In this document: one piece after another, positions 26,721 to 40,340 of the stretch
Position numbering within the stretch: the stretch's first letter is position 1
How the letters are laid out: every line of letters begins with the position of its first letter
Source of the DNA: the human T2T-CHM13v2.0 reference genome, Homo sapiens
Assembly (NCBI RefSeq): GCF_009914755.1
Contig: NC_060942.1
Direction: 5' to 3' (one strand)
DNA length: 64,000 nt
The notes under the pieces: generated by a model
What the model was told of the DNA's origin: nothing
The model's input: the letters and a program-made list of their open reading frames with translations, nothing else
The model's database searches: none
Position numbers and translations under genes: made by a program

Positions 26721-29700
26721 CAGCTAGGTTTATTAATAAGCAAATGTTTAGCCTTTTGTTATTATATTTAATAGAAGCTAAGTGATTCACCCTTAATAAC
26801 ATGGTTCATTGTCGGGTAAATTAAGACGCTGAAATACTTCAGCCCTTAGGCATATTAAGAGCATAAAGCCAGTGGGGTCTTCTGTGTTAATAGATTGTTA
26901 GCTTTTGATAACACACTGCCTCCTTGTGAGCAAAAGCAGTAGTGGCTGTGGAGAGATTTCCTCCCTCAATCAGCTGTCTCTAAGAGTGAGTGGTATGTAT
27001 GACATAGCAAAGCTTCCTAAAATACAAGCAGATTAAAATGACAGGCTTCTGCTCCAAAGATTTAGCTTTGTTTTACTAACATGCAAATGAATGAAAAACA
27101 AAGGTAGTTCTTTTCTTTGGAGTAGAGAGTACTGAAGACACCATCAGAGGCACCATCAAAGCTCTCAACTTCAAATGCTCCAGGAGATCTGTAGTCCCTT
27201 GGAAACCAGTTAGGTTGGTGGAGCACCAGGGTCTAGGGCAGCTGAATGCAGCAAATGATGAGTGAACGATTAAGGATGAGTAAAGAAGACATCTAGCATC
27301 CTAGAAAGTACAAAATATCAATTGATTCTTAAAACAAATTTGTAACCAGACTGCACAATTCACCAACTCATGGAAAACCAGTGCAGAGCCTTTGACCTCC
27401 TGTGGTGTCTCCTGATTGGCTGACACATAGATTTTATGCTTTTTTTATTTCAACTTTCAAGCCCATGTGGTAGGTTTGCTCCCACCACATTACTACTCCT
27501 CTCTGCCTCCTCAGTGAATGAGCTGGCCACTGCCACAGTGCTCACCCCTGCTGCCATGCCCTGCTTTGAGCCCTCCTCCCTTTTTTGTTTAAAAATGATA
27601 ACTGCCTTCTATTTAATCTATAGTTTCCCTTATTACTACAGCTCATACTTATAAGAATCGCACATATCACCTGAATGACACGTAGCTCAGCATTTTCATC
27701 TGTACTGCTCTTCTCTCTGCCCATTTTTCAAGAAAATGTGTCTACAGTGTATTGAAGGACAGAAGTTGCATCTTTTAATTCCTCCAAGTGAATTAGTATG
27801 TTACATGGGTCACTAAGACATATCTAGTATAAAGTGACAGGTTCATGTGTTATCAAGCATTGTATATGTAAAAATGATTTGCTCTTCAGCACTTAAAAAA
27901 TGTTCCTTATCTCTTTACAAATAAATATCTTTTGGCATTTTCAAGATGCTGTTCAACATGAAAAAGGTCATGCTCTGAACATGAGTAAAACATAATTGTC
28001 ATCAATAAAAAGACACTGTAAAAAAAAAATGAAGCCCCCTAGTGAATGCAACCATATTTAAATTTTTCTGTAGATGTGGTACATTGTCAAGCCTTTTAAT
28101 GCCATCCTTTTCATATTAAAGTTTGCACATTAGTATAAATGCACTTTTCAAAGTAAATTTACTGAATAATTTCACCTTACTCTTTTCTTTCCTAAATTTG
28201 CACTCAGATTGGTATGGTTTAAAAACAGGTTTTATATGAAACACTTTGAGCTGCCTTAATGTAATGGAATTGCACAAATCGCAGGGTGAGTGTGAGCTGG
28301 AGTGTAGCAGGATCTTCAACTCCTGTTACTATGCCAATGATGTCTGACTGCACCATGACGCAATGAGAGTTATCTCGTTTAATAAAAGACAATTTCTCAT
28401 TCAGTACCTCAGAAGAGAGATTTCAATCAGCTCACAGTCTGGGGCTTACAGTCTACTTGCAGGTTGAAATCATGCTGTTGACAGTATCGCAGCTGGCCAC
28501 TAAGAGTGCTGTTGAAAGCATGTTTGCTTGGACAAGCTCCAGACTGAGAAAGCCCTCAGCAAAAGATAAACTAACAAGCAAGGACAAGGACGTTTTCCAA
28601 GTAGTGATGACTCCTGATTGCATTCTTAAATTCTTCATCCTCTCTTTGAATGTGGGACATATGGACTTTCATGTAAAATCAGTCCAACTCCCAGAAGACT
28701 GATTTGTAGGGAAAAGACTGTCTGACGTGATAAACAGCAACTCTCCATCAGTTCAATGCAAATCAAAATTATCTATAAAAAATAAAAATATGAGGAAAAA
28801 AGAAACTCTGTACAAAAAGGATACCCTGTGCTTGGCTGAGAGTCTTGCTGACTGCAAGAATGTGGACCACTAAGACCCAGCAACCTGGGCTGCCCTATAC
28901 TTGCCACACCTTTTCCAAGTTACAAACCTGTATCGGTTTCTTGCTATAGGTGGGAGCCCCAACACTCAAAGGAAAGAATCACTCTTCTTTGAGCCCGTTA
29001 AAGCTCACCTCAGAACTTTGTTGTCACAAAGCAAAGGGATTATTAGTCTCTACAATTGCCCATCAAATCCTCTTGACAGATCAGAAGACCAAGGCAGCCA
29101 TTCCCAGGATGCTGGATCTCTACTGAAGCAAAGACGGGATCATTGAAGCTGATGGGCCACAATCCCCTTGCTTCTCCTACACGTTGCCCCATGGTGTCTG
29201 ATGCTTGTCATTTCAGAGATAAGAAGATATTTCAGAGACAGATGATGAAGCACCTACCCAGCACTAAGCACAAGTAAGCCTGAGTCAGACATGGGGAGAA
29301 TAAAGTTTAGATAATACAAGGTTTACCTGAAGAATTCTTATTTTGTGTATCATAAGGGATTCCACAGGGCCAGCTGGGCCATTTTCCCCCTGCATCTGGG
29401 CCATTCATAATATTAGCTTAGTAAAGAGAGGTCTGCAAGCTTGCTATAACTGGAAGGGTAAATCATTGATAATATATGTAATTCTTAATGTATTTAACTC
29501 AGTTTAGTTCCTTTTTGATACTGTCATCAAGACCAGTAATTTTTCTTTGAAAAGTATGGTTAGCAGAGAATTCTGCTAGAAATATGGAAAGCTCTGACTC
29601 GGTGTTAAATGCAAACTTATAAACAAAACCAGTTAGAGAATAAAAGCAATGGTCGATCTCAGTGCCCATGATAACAATGATTTAGCATATTTGTAAATAT

Positions 29701-31203
29701 GTGAAAGACAATACAAGAAATTAGAGCAAATGAGCATTTTTCTATGTTTACCTGCCATCTTCATTAAATGTTTTTTCTGGATCCACACAACATATAATTT
29801 CTACTGTGATATGAAGTACATAAGGCTCTATGTATATGTGAATACACACATTAATAATTAATTACATTAATTAGTTTATCAAATATGTTATTTGTTCATT
29901 AGGTAATCAAATTAGGCTTATCCTTATGGAGGTATCATGTGCCTATGTATAGGAAACAGAGCATTGGTAATTGGTTTTATTATTTTATAAGTCTTTAGAA
30001 GTTTACATGCCTCTTTTGCTTGGCCAAGATACTTTGAATAGTGGGCTCAGCTGGGTTGCTGTACCACCCATATCATGTGCAATTGCTAAAATGAATAAAA
30101 AAGTATTTTCTCTTTTCAAGTTTTTTGACTGTTGTTTGATTTTCTATATGTATGGTGATAGAAAACTACTGATATGCTCAAATAAACAAGAAATTTCCAA
30201 AATCTCTCTGAGTCCAGCTCTCTGTGGGATGCTGTTGCTGGGGAAGCTTAAAGAGGGACAGTGTATAATCAGAGTCCTTGATGAATTCATCATTTACTTC
30301 TGGTGATAAAACTCATACATAAGAAACCAGTAGAAATCAATATAGAAGTGCATATATTCAGCTATGGGAAAAATAATACTATCTTGACATGGGAAATTAA
30401 TTACCTATAGTTGTTCTTGAAATACAATATGCCAAAGTGCCCAACACAAGAATTAGAAAGTTGAATGGAAGATATTCATCACCCATCCCCAGAATAACCT
30501 AGAAATGTGAGGGAATTGAAGTGTTTTAGGTCATCACTGTAATAGAAATTTAAGTGGCATGCTAACTTTTTCAGTCAAAATTAGATACAAATTATCTAAC
30601 TAGTGCAGATTAGGTGGTATATTGATTTTAACTTTTTCATTTTTTTCTTTTTTCTTATTCTTCTTTTGTCGTGGACATAATATCATGCAGAATTTCATTC
30701 ATTCTTCAATAAGTCAGATGTAATTAATAGTTCTCTTTGAATCTTTGTTTTAAACACCATTCCACAGGAATTTATAACCTGATTTACTCTAACATCAAGT
30801 AGTAAGAAAGGAAGATAAATATTTATTCAAATTAAGCATATTAAGCAAATCTAAAAGTATCTAAAATTTTTAAAAATGTTTAGTTTTAGGGAACACACTA
30901 AAAATGATATCTTTAAAAATTAGGAAAAAAGCATGATTGGCTCTAAACTGTTATTGAGAACAAAAAGGATTTTATCTTCATAGAATGCTCTTTTTCCACC
31001 AAATGAGAAAACTGAGTCTGCTTCAATGAGATTACACCAATCAGTAAAAGTCATACGTTTGTATGTCCTAAAATGAGGACATTTGGCTCTCAAATCAATG
31101 CTGTTCCAATTATAATATGTAATTTTAATAGAAAAAGAACCTATCAACCAATTAATTAATCAAATTCATAAAGTAATAAATCATATGGTAATTAAGTAAC
31201 TTT

Positions 31204-31913
31204 TAATGGGGTGTAGAAATGCTACCCCCAAACATGGCCCTTTGGTGTTCTGAGTATTTTAAGCTGAAATTAATTGAGGACCTTCTTCCACCTCCCTCTC
31301 TCCTGAAACAGGCCATAGAAATGCGGCAGGAAATGCTAGCATTCCTGTACGAAATGATACCCCAAAACATGGCCCTTTGGCGTTCTGAGTATCTTAAGCT
31401 GAAATTAATTGAGGACCGTCTTCCACCTCCCTCTCTCCTAGAACAGGCCATTGAAATTGAAATTCCCCTCTTCTTTTTCTTTCCTGAAGTAGGCCATAGC
31501 ACCTAGGAAGATCCCTCTGACATTCTCCCTTCTTTCTCCCCTGAAGATCCTCATGTTACAGGTATCCTGACTTACATTTGGACAAAAGAAATATTACAGA
31601 GAGGCCAAGAAGAATTAGCAAATACAAGATTAGCAAATGCATCTTGCTAATCCTCCCCTGCATCCTCACACCCAGTTTATTATAATTAGATCAAATCCTT
31701 CTTCCTCCAATCATACTTCTGCATGACTCTCCATAAAAAATACAGTTTCCTTGGTCTTCGGGTCTTTATTTCTGAAAACTCAGGTAACATGTAAAATTTA
31801 TATTGAATAAATGTATATACTTTTCTATTGTTATTCTATGTTTTGTTATAGGAGATTCAGTCATGAACCTAGCTATGGTTGAAGGAAAATAAATGCTACC
31901 TTTTCCTCTTACA
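31204..31913 (+). mobile_element. Solo ERV1 LTR, MER34/MER39-like, with a duplicated 5' part
   Basis: gaaatgataccccaaaacatggccctttgg near the start, AATAAA at ~31807, and end …ttttcctcttaca. Confidence 0.7.
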
Positions 31914-32093
31914 CTTCCATGAATATGAGGGTGGAAGAAAGTTTAGATCTAAAGGGTTGTATGTTTGGGGTCAGGCTATTGTAGGGGACTCTGCACATCC
32001 AGGGATTACTAGGAGAGCAGCATCAAAACTAGGAGGCAAGAGGGAAGTGAAGGCACTGAAGGCAGATGTAGAAAGGCAGAAAATAAAAACTGA

Positions 32094-32550
<457 letters not shown>

Positions 32551-32719
32551 TACAAACATAGGCTAGGTTTATAATTTTTCTAAAGACTGGAAACAAAATC
32601 TGTGGTTCTCTAGGGTTGTAGTGCACTACAAACAAAAGCCAGTGCCCCGTGCTGCTGGTGCTAACACACATACACTGTCACATTTAGTAGGTGTGACCTT
32701 GGCTGTTGCTCTCACTTAT

Positions 32720-33015
32720 GTTATCTAATACTAGTCTCCCTGTTGCTATGAAGGCATTTTGTTGATGTGATGAGAATCTACAATCAGTTGACTTTAAGTA
32801 AAGGAGATTATTCTCAACAGTTTGTGTGAGCCTCCTTCAATAAGTTGAAGGCCTTAAGAGCAAAAACAAAGGTGTCTCATAGAAGAAGGAATTCTGCCTC
32901 AGAACTGCAACATCGACTCCTGTTTGAGCTGTCAGCCTATTGGTCTGCCCCACAGAGTTTGCACTTGCAGCTTGTCAGCACGTACAATCATATAATCCAA
33001 TGTCTTAAAAATAAG
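32720..33015 (+). mobile_element. MLT2D-like ERVL LTR fragment
   Basis: aatcagttgactttaagtaaaggagatta…gttgaaggccttaagagcaaaaac…gaaggaattctgcctcag. Confidence 0.75.
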
Positions 33016-33949
33016 TCTGGGAGGGCAGGGTCTCCCCCACTGAAAGTCAGCTGCATGTACTTCTCTCTCACTTATGCATATTCTGGCCTTCCTATTAACT
33101 ACAGGGAAGGAGAAATGTCACCTAAAACTAATGTTCAAAGAAACAAGGATCCTTTTTAACGATATCTATGTTTACAGCATACCCAATGACTTAATTGTCA
33201 TCTTTATTCCATTGCCTTTAGACATGAAATAGTGTCAATAGTCTGAATTCTAAACCTTTGAAAATAATGTCAAATTAAATATTAACAATAATCAAGTCAG
33301 TATATTTCATTACCACTAAATGGATTTCAGATATAGTATCTCACTGAGCCGTATAACTTATGAGGTGTATGTTATTATTGTTTCTATTTTATGGATGTTG
33401 ACATTGTTAATTTGGTTTCTCAAGATTTGAACTTGAGCTTCCATTCATCAAAGTCTAAGCTCTTTCTAAATTTAAGGGACTTCTTACCAACTATCATCTA
33501 TTAGTAGTTTCTAGTTTCTTGTATCTTACACGTAAGTACTTCTTTATAGCATTGATAGAAAATTCATAATTTGTGTGTTTTGATTCATGATGGTATGAAT
33601 AACATACTCATTTAATCTAATCTAATCTAATAATTATTTCCAAAAAAGAAGCATGCTACCTCAACAAAGTGCAAAAAAAGAATATTAGAATAAATGTTTA
33701 CATTATTCTAATATTAACTTTTTTCCCCTTATATACCAGTGAAAAGTGTGAAAATGTTGTTGCATATAAATATTTGGCAATATTATTTGTAGATAAGGTT
33801 TTCACAGTTTTATACTGTTTTCAAATAAGTCAGTTATTTTCTGATCAGAAATTGACTGTTACCTCCCTATGACCTCAGCACCATTCTAATTGTTATAAGA
33901 TATGAAAAAGAATGTCCAAATGGAAATTCCTGGCTTTAAAATTAATAAT

Positions 33950-34182
33950 TAACTCTAACAACCAATGGTTAATGAACATTCACTTTTTGTCGGACACTCT
34001 CTTCAGTGTTTTACAACCACTGTCTCCTTTAAACCTATAATGTAAGTGTTCTTATTGCTAGTCCAGGGAAGCTTGCAACAATAAAAAGACTCACTCACTA
34101 TTACATAAATAATAAGTAGCAGTGCAAGGACTCAGACTCTGGCAATCTGACCTCAAACCTTGAACTTGTAACCACTAAGCTG
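33950..34182 (-). mobile_element. MIR
   Basis: ataagtagcagtgcaaggactcagactctggcaatctgacctcaaacc…ttgtaaccacta. Confidence 0.6.
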
Positions 34183-34304
34183 TATGAACACCCTGGAGAA
34201 AAACTAAAACATTTAGTGATGCATAAAGTAGCATGAGATGCAAAACTTTAAATATTCAAATGCCAATATTTAAATGAGGCCAAGAAAAAAGAGACATACT
34301 TAGA

Positions 34305-34440
34305 CACAACTTATCCTTCACTGGAATGAAGACCACAAGAACAGGAGCATTTATCTGTCTTGTTTACTGTTATTGTCTTAGCCCCTAATCAATAGCCTGA
34401 CATATAATAGACACTCAATAGCTATTTCTAAATGAGTTAT
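34305..34440 (+). mobile_element. L2 3' end
   Basis: tgtcttgtttactg…aatagcctgacatataatagacactcaatagctattt. Confidence 0.65.
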
Positions 34441-34869
34441 TTTAGAATAATTAGAAAATCAACAGAGCAATGGGCTGTGAATGTATAGAGAAGAGGAAGG
34501 GATCATTACTGGTGGTGGAAATTATGACTTTTTCTTTGGTTATTTTATTCAACTAATAAATATTTATTGAGTTTCACTATGCTAGTGGCCCTTGAGAATA
34601 ATGAGAAAGTTAGTGTGGGCACTCAACTGTGCTTGGGCTGATAGAAGGACTAGAGTTATCCAAGGTTTTGGAGGAAGCAACTGATGCATACAAGTTTTTA
34701 TATGGACATCTGTAGACACAGCCTGATCTTGCTTATATCCTGAGCAGCTACCATCACTTGTGAGTAGGTTATAACTTGAGGATTTTGTGTTTCACAATCC
34801 GATTTCATATTTGCTGAAATAAAATTCTAGCTAGAAATCATTTAAAAAATGGGCCTATGGTTGCCACAA

Positions 34870-35200
34870 TTGATGAAAATTGAATATAGACTATGGATCA
34901 AATGCTCTTATTTTATCAATGTCAAATTTCCTAATGTAGATAATACTAATATGTTTATGTAAAACAATATTTTTGTGTTTAGGAAATACAAATTTAAACG
35001 TTTAGTGGTAAAAAAGTACAATACCTTCAATTTATTTTTAAATTTTTCAGAAACAATATGAATATAGAATAAATTCTAAAGTAAATAGGGCAAAATGTAA
35101 ACAATTGATGAACCTGGGTAAACCATATACAGGATTTCCTTGCACTACTTACGAAGCTTGTTTTAAATTTAAAATTATATAAAAACAAAACGCTTAAAAT
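34870..35200 (+). mobile_element. L1MC/L1ME 3'UTR fragment
   Basis: tatcaatgtcaaatttcct…ggcaaaatgtaaacaattgatgaacctgggtaa. Confidence 0.7.
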
Positions 35201-35445
35201 GTAAAAAGATGTGTAGATAATATTTTTCTACCCAATAATTCGCTTTGAAAACTTGTTTGATGCTTAAACAGGCAATGCATTAAGAAATCATCATTCACGT
35301 TATCATTTTGAAATCGCTTGTAGCCTGCATGGCAATTTTTTTTTGGTCATAACTTCTGCTCTGGCAAAACAGGTTGATGAAGGGAAAGTAAGATATTGTG
35401 TTAGACACATTGCATAGATTCTGTTTAAAACATTAGAACTAAGTA

Positions 35446-35781
<336 letters not shown>

Positions 35782-35894
35782 TCATTTAAGTTAGAACAAT
35801 TACTCCTATTTTTAGGCGGGTAAAAAGCTGAAAGCTAAAAGTGGCTAGCTAAACTGGTAATTATCCATTGGCAATTATCAATAAATCATAAAGC

Positions 35895-36965
35895 AAAGAG
35901 TCTCAAGTTTGGCGACACAGAAAATGCTAAAGATAACTTTGAAAAATTACCATTGCCTGGGTCTCAACCTGAAAATTCTGACATAGTTTTTCTAGTGTAG
36001 GTCTTGAGTACAGTTCTTTTTAAAGGTTCTGTAACCACCCGATAGATTCTTCCTGCCTAGTGCACAAAGACTATATGGCATTGCGTGGTTTAGCTTAACT
36101 GATTTGAGGCTATCACACCACATGTAGGATGGAGTTATTACTCGAATCAATCTCATCTAAGCTCATATGTTAAGAGATTTTCAAAGGCAGTTTGGAGGAG
36201 GGGTGAGGATGACATAAAAATGGGAGCTTGCTGCTGATAGGATGGGGAAGAGATGAAATCACAGAGGGTCAAAGCTGTCCCCTTGAGCTGAGGTACTTCT
36301 AGGTGGGGCCACAGGAGGTATGGTCAGTGGGTCCAGGCAGAGTCGTGGGTGTCAGACATACAAAAAAACTGAAAAGATACCTCAAAAGGCCAATCTATAA
36401 TAATGATGCAGGACATATCTCATGACAACTTTACAACTTTACATCTTAGCAGAATTCAGGTTCCTCTTCTCCCCCTAGCCTAGTAGCATTTCATTAGCTT
36501 TATAAAAGTAGTTAAGTTTTAGGGAAGGGCAGTTATCATCTAAACTATAAACTAAATGTTACCACATACAAAATCCCAAGTAATGAGATCTTTCAACTAC
36601 AATATGTGCAAGACACTAAATTAATAATTACACCTTACCTAGATAGAGTTTTTAGTTCCACATTCTTAATAGTTTGGATATTGACAAAAACATAGGAAAC
36701 AACACAAAAACAGCTAAAAATTGCCATAAGACCTATACACAATAATTATTGCAAATATTACTCTCAGGTTATTACTTCTTTTTATTTTATTTTATTAGGC
36801 CTAAGCCCAGGAATAATTAAGGCCACTTGAAAGCTAAAGACAAGTGTGGGGGTGGGCTACATCACATCTATTTCACTGTCACAATTTTCTCACTGATATA
36901 ATTTTTGCACAGGCAGTTTCAGTTTCCAGGTGACTCTAATATACACCTTGTGTTGAGAAACACAA
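35895..36965. mobile_element. MER5-like hAT element split by an LTR (parts 35895-36029 and 36922-36965)
   Basis: …tgcctgggtctcaacctgaaaattctgac…tttttaaaggttc resumes after the LTR as …ccaggtgactctaatatacac…gttgagaaacac. Confidence 0.65.
36030..36921 (-). mobile_element. Solo ERV1 LTR, LTR8-like (MER4 group)
   Basis: Minus strand starts tgaaactgcctgtgcaaaaattat…gacagtgaaatagat and ends …gtggttaca. Near-TSD gttc/gttt. Confidence 0.75.
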
Positions 36966-37415
36966 ATGATCTTCAAATAAGAGATTGGATTTTCAAATAA
37001 GCTGGTAATCTAACCCCAAATCCTGAGATCCTTCAATCATAATATGTGCAAGAAACTAAATTAATAATTACAACTAACATAAATAGAGTTTATGGTTCCA
37101 CATTCTTAATAGTTTGGACACTGGCAAAAACATAGGAACCAACTCAAAGGCAGCTAAAAGTTGTCATAAGACCTAAGCACAATAATTATTGCAAATATTA
37201 CTCTCAGGTAATTAGTTATTCTACTTTCATTCAGTTATACATAGCTTTAATGTACAGTTTCTCAGTTATTGGAATTATTAGAAAATAAAATGAAAATACA
37301 AAAGATTATCTGTGGTAGAATCACATGCCTTACCATTGGAACAGCCTAAAGAAACATTTCTAAGAAGAGGCTAAAAGTAGACTGCCTTTGCCAGAGAAAT
37401 AAGTACAACCAATTC

Positions 37416-37590
37416 TGTTAGAGAATGGAGTCCTGATCCAGACCCCACAACCTGTGCCTTGTGCCGACCTCCAATCTTATTCTGTCACTTAGAATGCCTA
37501 ACTGTCTGGAATGCAACCCAGTAGGTCTCACCCTTATTTTACTCAGCCCCTATTTAAGATAGAGTTGCTCTGGTTCAAATGCCTTTGACA
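37416..37590 (-). mobile_element. Internally deleted MER41 LTR (both termini present)
   Basis: Minus strand 5' tgtcaaaggcatttgaaccagagcaactc… is joined to 3' …ggggtctggatcaggactccattctctaaca. Near-TSD attc/atta. Confidence 0.8.
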
Positions 37591-37952
37591 ATTATATGCC
37601 TGAAATCCCTGTTTGTCTCAGGTTTTGAAAGAAATGTAAGATCTTTTTATGATCACTAATTACCTATACTCTTGTTACATTGTAGTTCCGAATATATTTC
37701 TAAAATGGCCAACAACCATGGCCTTCACAAGCTGCATACTCATTCACAACATCTTCTAAAATTCACTATCCAGCAAAATGTCTTCTTCACCATCCTCTTT
37801 TCTAAAATATCTCTGACCTTCTTGCTCTAACTGAAGTCTGGCTGTTCTATGACCTCTGATTCACCATTTGCCTTTTTACCTGGTATCTGCTTCCTCCCTC
37901 ACAAATCTTGAATTGCTGAGCTTATTATATGTAAAACCTAAATGTCAATGCC

Positions 37953-38290
37953 CTGTGATTATTAAGGATAAAAATTGTTCTGGTACTTGTTAAAATGGTA
38001 AGAAAGACTTTATGAAGAACATTTGAAAAAGGTGTCAAGACGATTGCATTAGAGGTAAGAGATTGAGTTCAACTGTGAATAAACAAAGACAGCTGGAGAA
38101 TTACATCCAACAGTGAAGGGGTCAGTGGATAAAAAATTAGTAAGAGGAAACTTCTAGAATAAGTGGGTTCTTGCTAAATTGACCTAACAGGATTCTTGCT
38201 GAAGGCAGGGTGGGGTGATGAGATATCAAATGTGAGAGATTCTTAATACTAAACTGACTTAGCAAGGTTCTTGCTAAAATGAAACATGTC
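37953..38290 (-). mobile_element. MER31-like ERV1 LTR fragment
   Basis: acttgttaaaatggtaagaaagacttt…gagattgagttcaact…ggattcttgctgaaggcagg. Confidence 0.65.
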
Positions 38291-38309
38291 AAGAATAGAG
38301 ATCAGGCAT

Positions 38310-38462
38310 ATTAACTCATTTAATCACCATTTTAAAAAAACAATTATATACAAGAAAAGTGAGACACAGAGATGCTGAATAACTTGGCAGAGCTAGGGAA
38401 AAGCAGTGCACAAATCCAAACCCAGGCCATCTAGCTTCAAGCTTTGAGCTCTTGACCACTGG
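38310..38462 (-). mobile_element. MIR
   Basis: aactcatttaatc…gagacacagagatgctgaataacttg…aaacccaggccatctagcttcaa. Confidence 0.75.
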
Positions 38463-40059
38463 ACTGTGCCGACTTTTTCTGGTAGCATGACTTCTTGAAA
38501 GGATAACTGACCACCTTGCTTGAGGAATACTAATGAATACTAATGGGGAGTAATAAAGGTAATTTTATCAGTAGTTTTTAAGAGCTTGTATGCTTGTAGA
38601 TTAATATTGGGATTACTGTTTAACAATCTCCCAGGGGATCAGAGTTTCCATTGGGTATATTGAAATTTGAAAGTAAATAAAAACTCAAGAATTATTTTGA
38701 TGTATTGCCATATTTGCAAATTACTTAAGGGTTTGTTCTTGTAAAGCAAAAAGAGGCTATTCGTTAACCTCTATTATTATACCAATGATAGCACAGTAGA
38801 AAATAGTTTAACATAATAAATATTGTCATTTTAGAGTGGAGTCTTAGTTCTTGCCAAAGAAACCTGTTTCAGTCATGTGATGAAGGTGAAACATCCCAGG
38901 GATATTGACTCTCCTTCTTGTTAGCTTATGGAAATGTTAAGACTATACTTAAGGACATGTAAAACTCCAAGGAGAATTATGTGTCATATTTATTACGTTG
39001 TTATATTGATTTTTGGGATAAAATAAAAAATTATTATATAAATATATATTTATCTTTACCAATAAATATTCTTTATTCCAGCTAGCATACAAAATATTTC
39101 AAAAGAATCCTAATGTATTATTAAGTGAATGAAGATTGAGCAGGCACTCATAACAATGGGATAATTTAGTTCAACAGACTTAATTAGTATCCATATTCTT
39201 CACAAAGGCTTCATATTAACCTGCCCTCCAGGAGCCTTAGGTATCACTTATATATGGTACTCAGTTTAACATGGCCACATACTAATACAACAATAAAGCA
39301 TATTGTCACTTTAAAATGGACATATTATAGAGAAGCTTACACAAAAATTGAATAATAACATAGGTGATATCAAAAGTCCCTTTTACATTTCAGTGCTAAA
39401 ACACTTCATTAGCAAAACATGCAATTCTGAAAAAAGAAAAAAACATACACACCTGGTGCTGGCATTTCCACACATACATTTACAAAATGCTTCCAATTAG
39501 CATGAAGATGATAATATGACCAGTCTACAGGGCTGTATAATGAATGGTGTTGTTTCAATTAGGAATAATTGATGTATTTATATGCATCCTAGGTGTAGTA
39601 GAGCCCCACTAAGGAGTCATCAACTCCATATGACATACTCAAATCATACCCCAATGAAAGCTAATGGCATTCATTAAAATAAAACAGCCCTCATAGAAAG
39701 ACATTGAGAATTCAAATTCTCTCCTGTAATACAGGATGTGATTACTGGATCACTTTAGCTACAGAGTGACAGGAGAGTAAATATGAATATTTGGAGGAAG
39801 GAAATATAACAGTTGCTTCTTTGTTATATTTCTTATCTGTCCACATCAAAATTGACCTTATTATAGTGCTTCCTCTATGTCCAAATTCTCCAAAGCTCTA
39901 GAAAACCACCATCGCCCTTGGGATAGCCTCAAATTCATGCTAACTTCAGTATTCAGAAGCATGAACCCTATACTTGTCCATAACTCACCATCATTTTAGA
40001 TTAATTTCTCCTTTCCTGCATCCAGACAGTTGTGGTGTCCTGTGTATTCTGGGTTACTG

Positions 40060-40340
40060 AAGTAGCTTCTGATCAGGTTCTCATCATCCCTTACCCTGGA
40101 AATTGTGGCAGTGGACTCCTGATTGCTCTGTTATCTCTCCTGTGTAATCTTTCCTGCTCACTGTGGTCCAATTTATCTTCTTAAGTCTCAAGTCAGATAA
40201 TGTCTGCCCCCTATAAAAGCACTTGGAGATTCCTTGTTTTCTAGAGAATAAAGCCAAAAATACTATAGTACTCAGTGGTCATGGGATTTCCTTTTTACTT
40301 TCAATTATATCCAAATATTTTCACCTTCACTTCCTTACAC
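40060..40340 (+). mobile_element. L2 fragment
   Basis: ctcatcatcccttaccctgg…ctcctgattgctct…agtcagataatgtctgcccc…agaataaagccaaa. Confidence 0.55.

Noticed and set aside
31203-31506. ORFs on both strands with an internal peptide repeat
   Set aside because: Explained by the 135-bp-period DNA duplication in an LTR.
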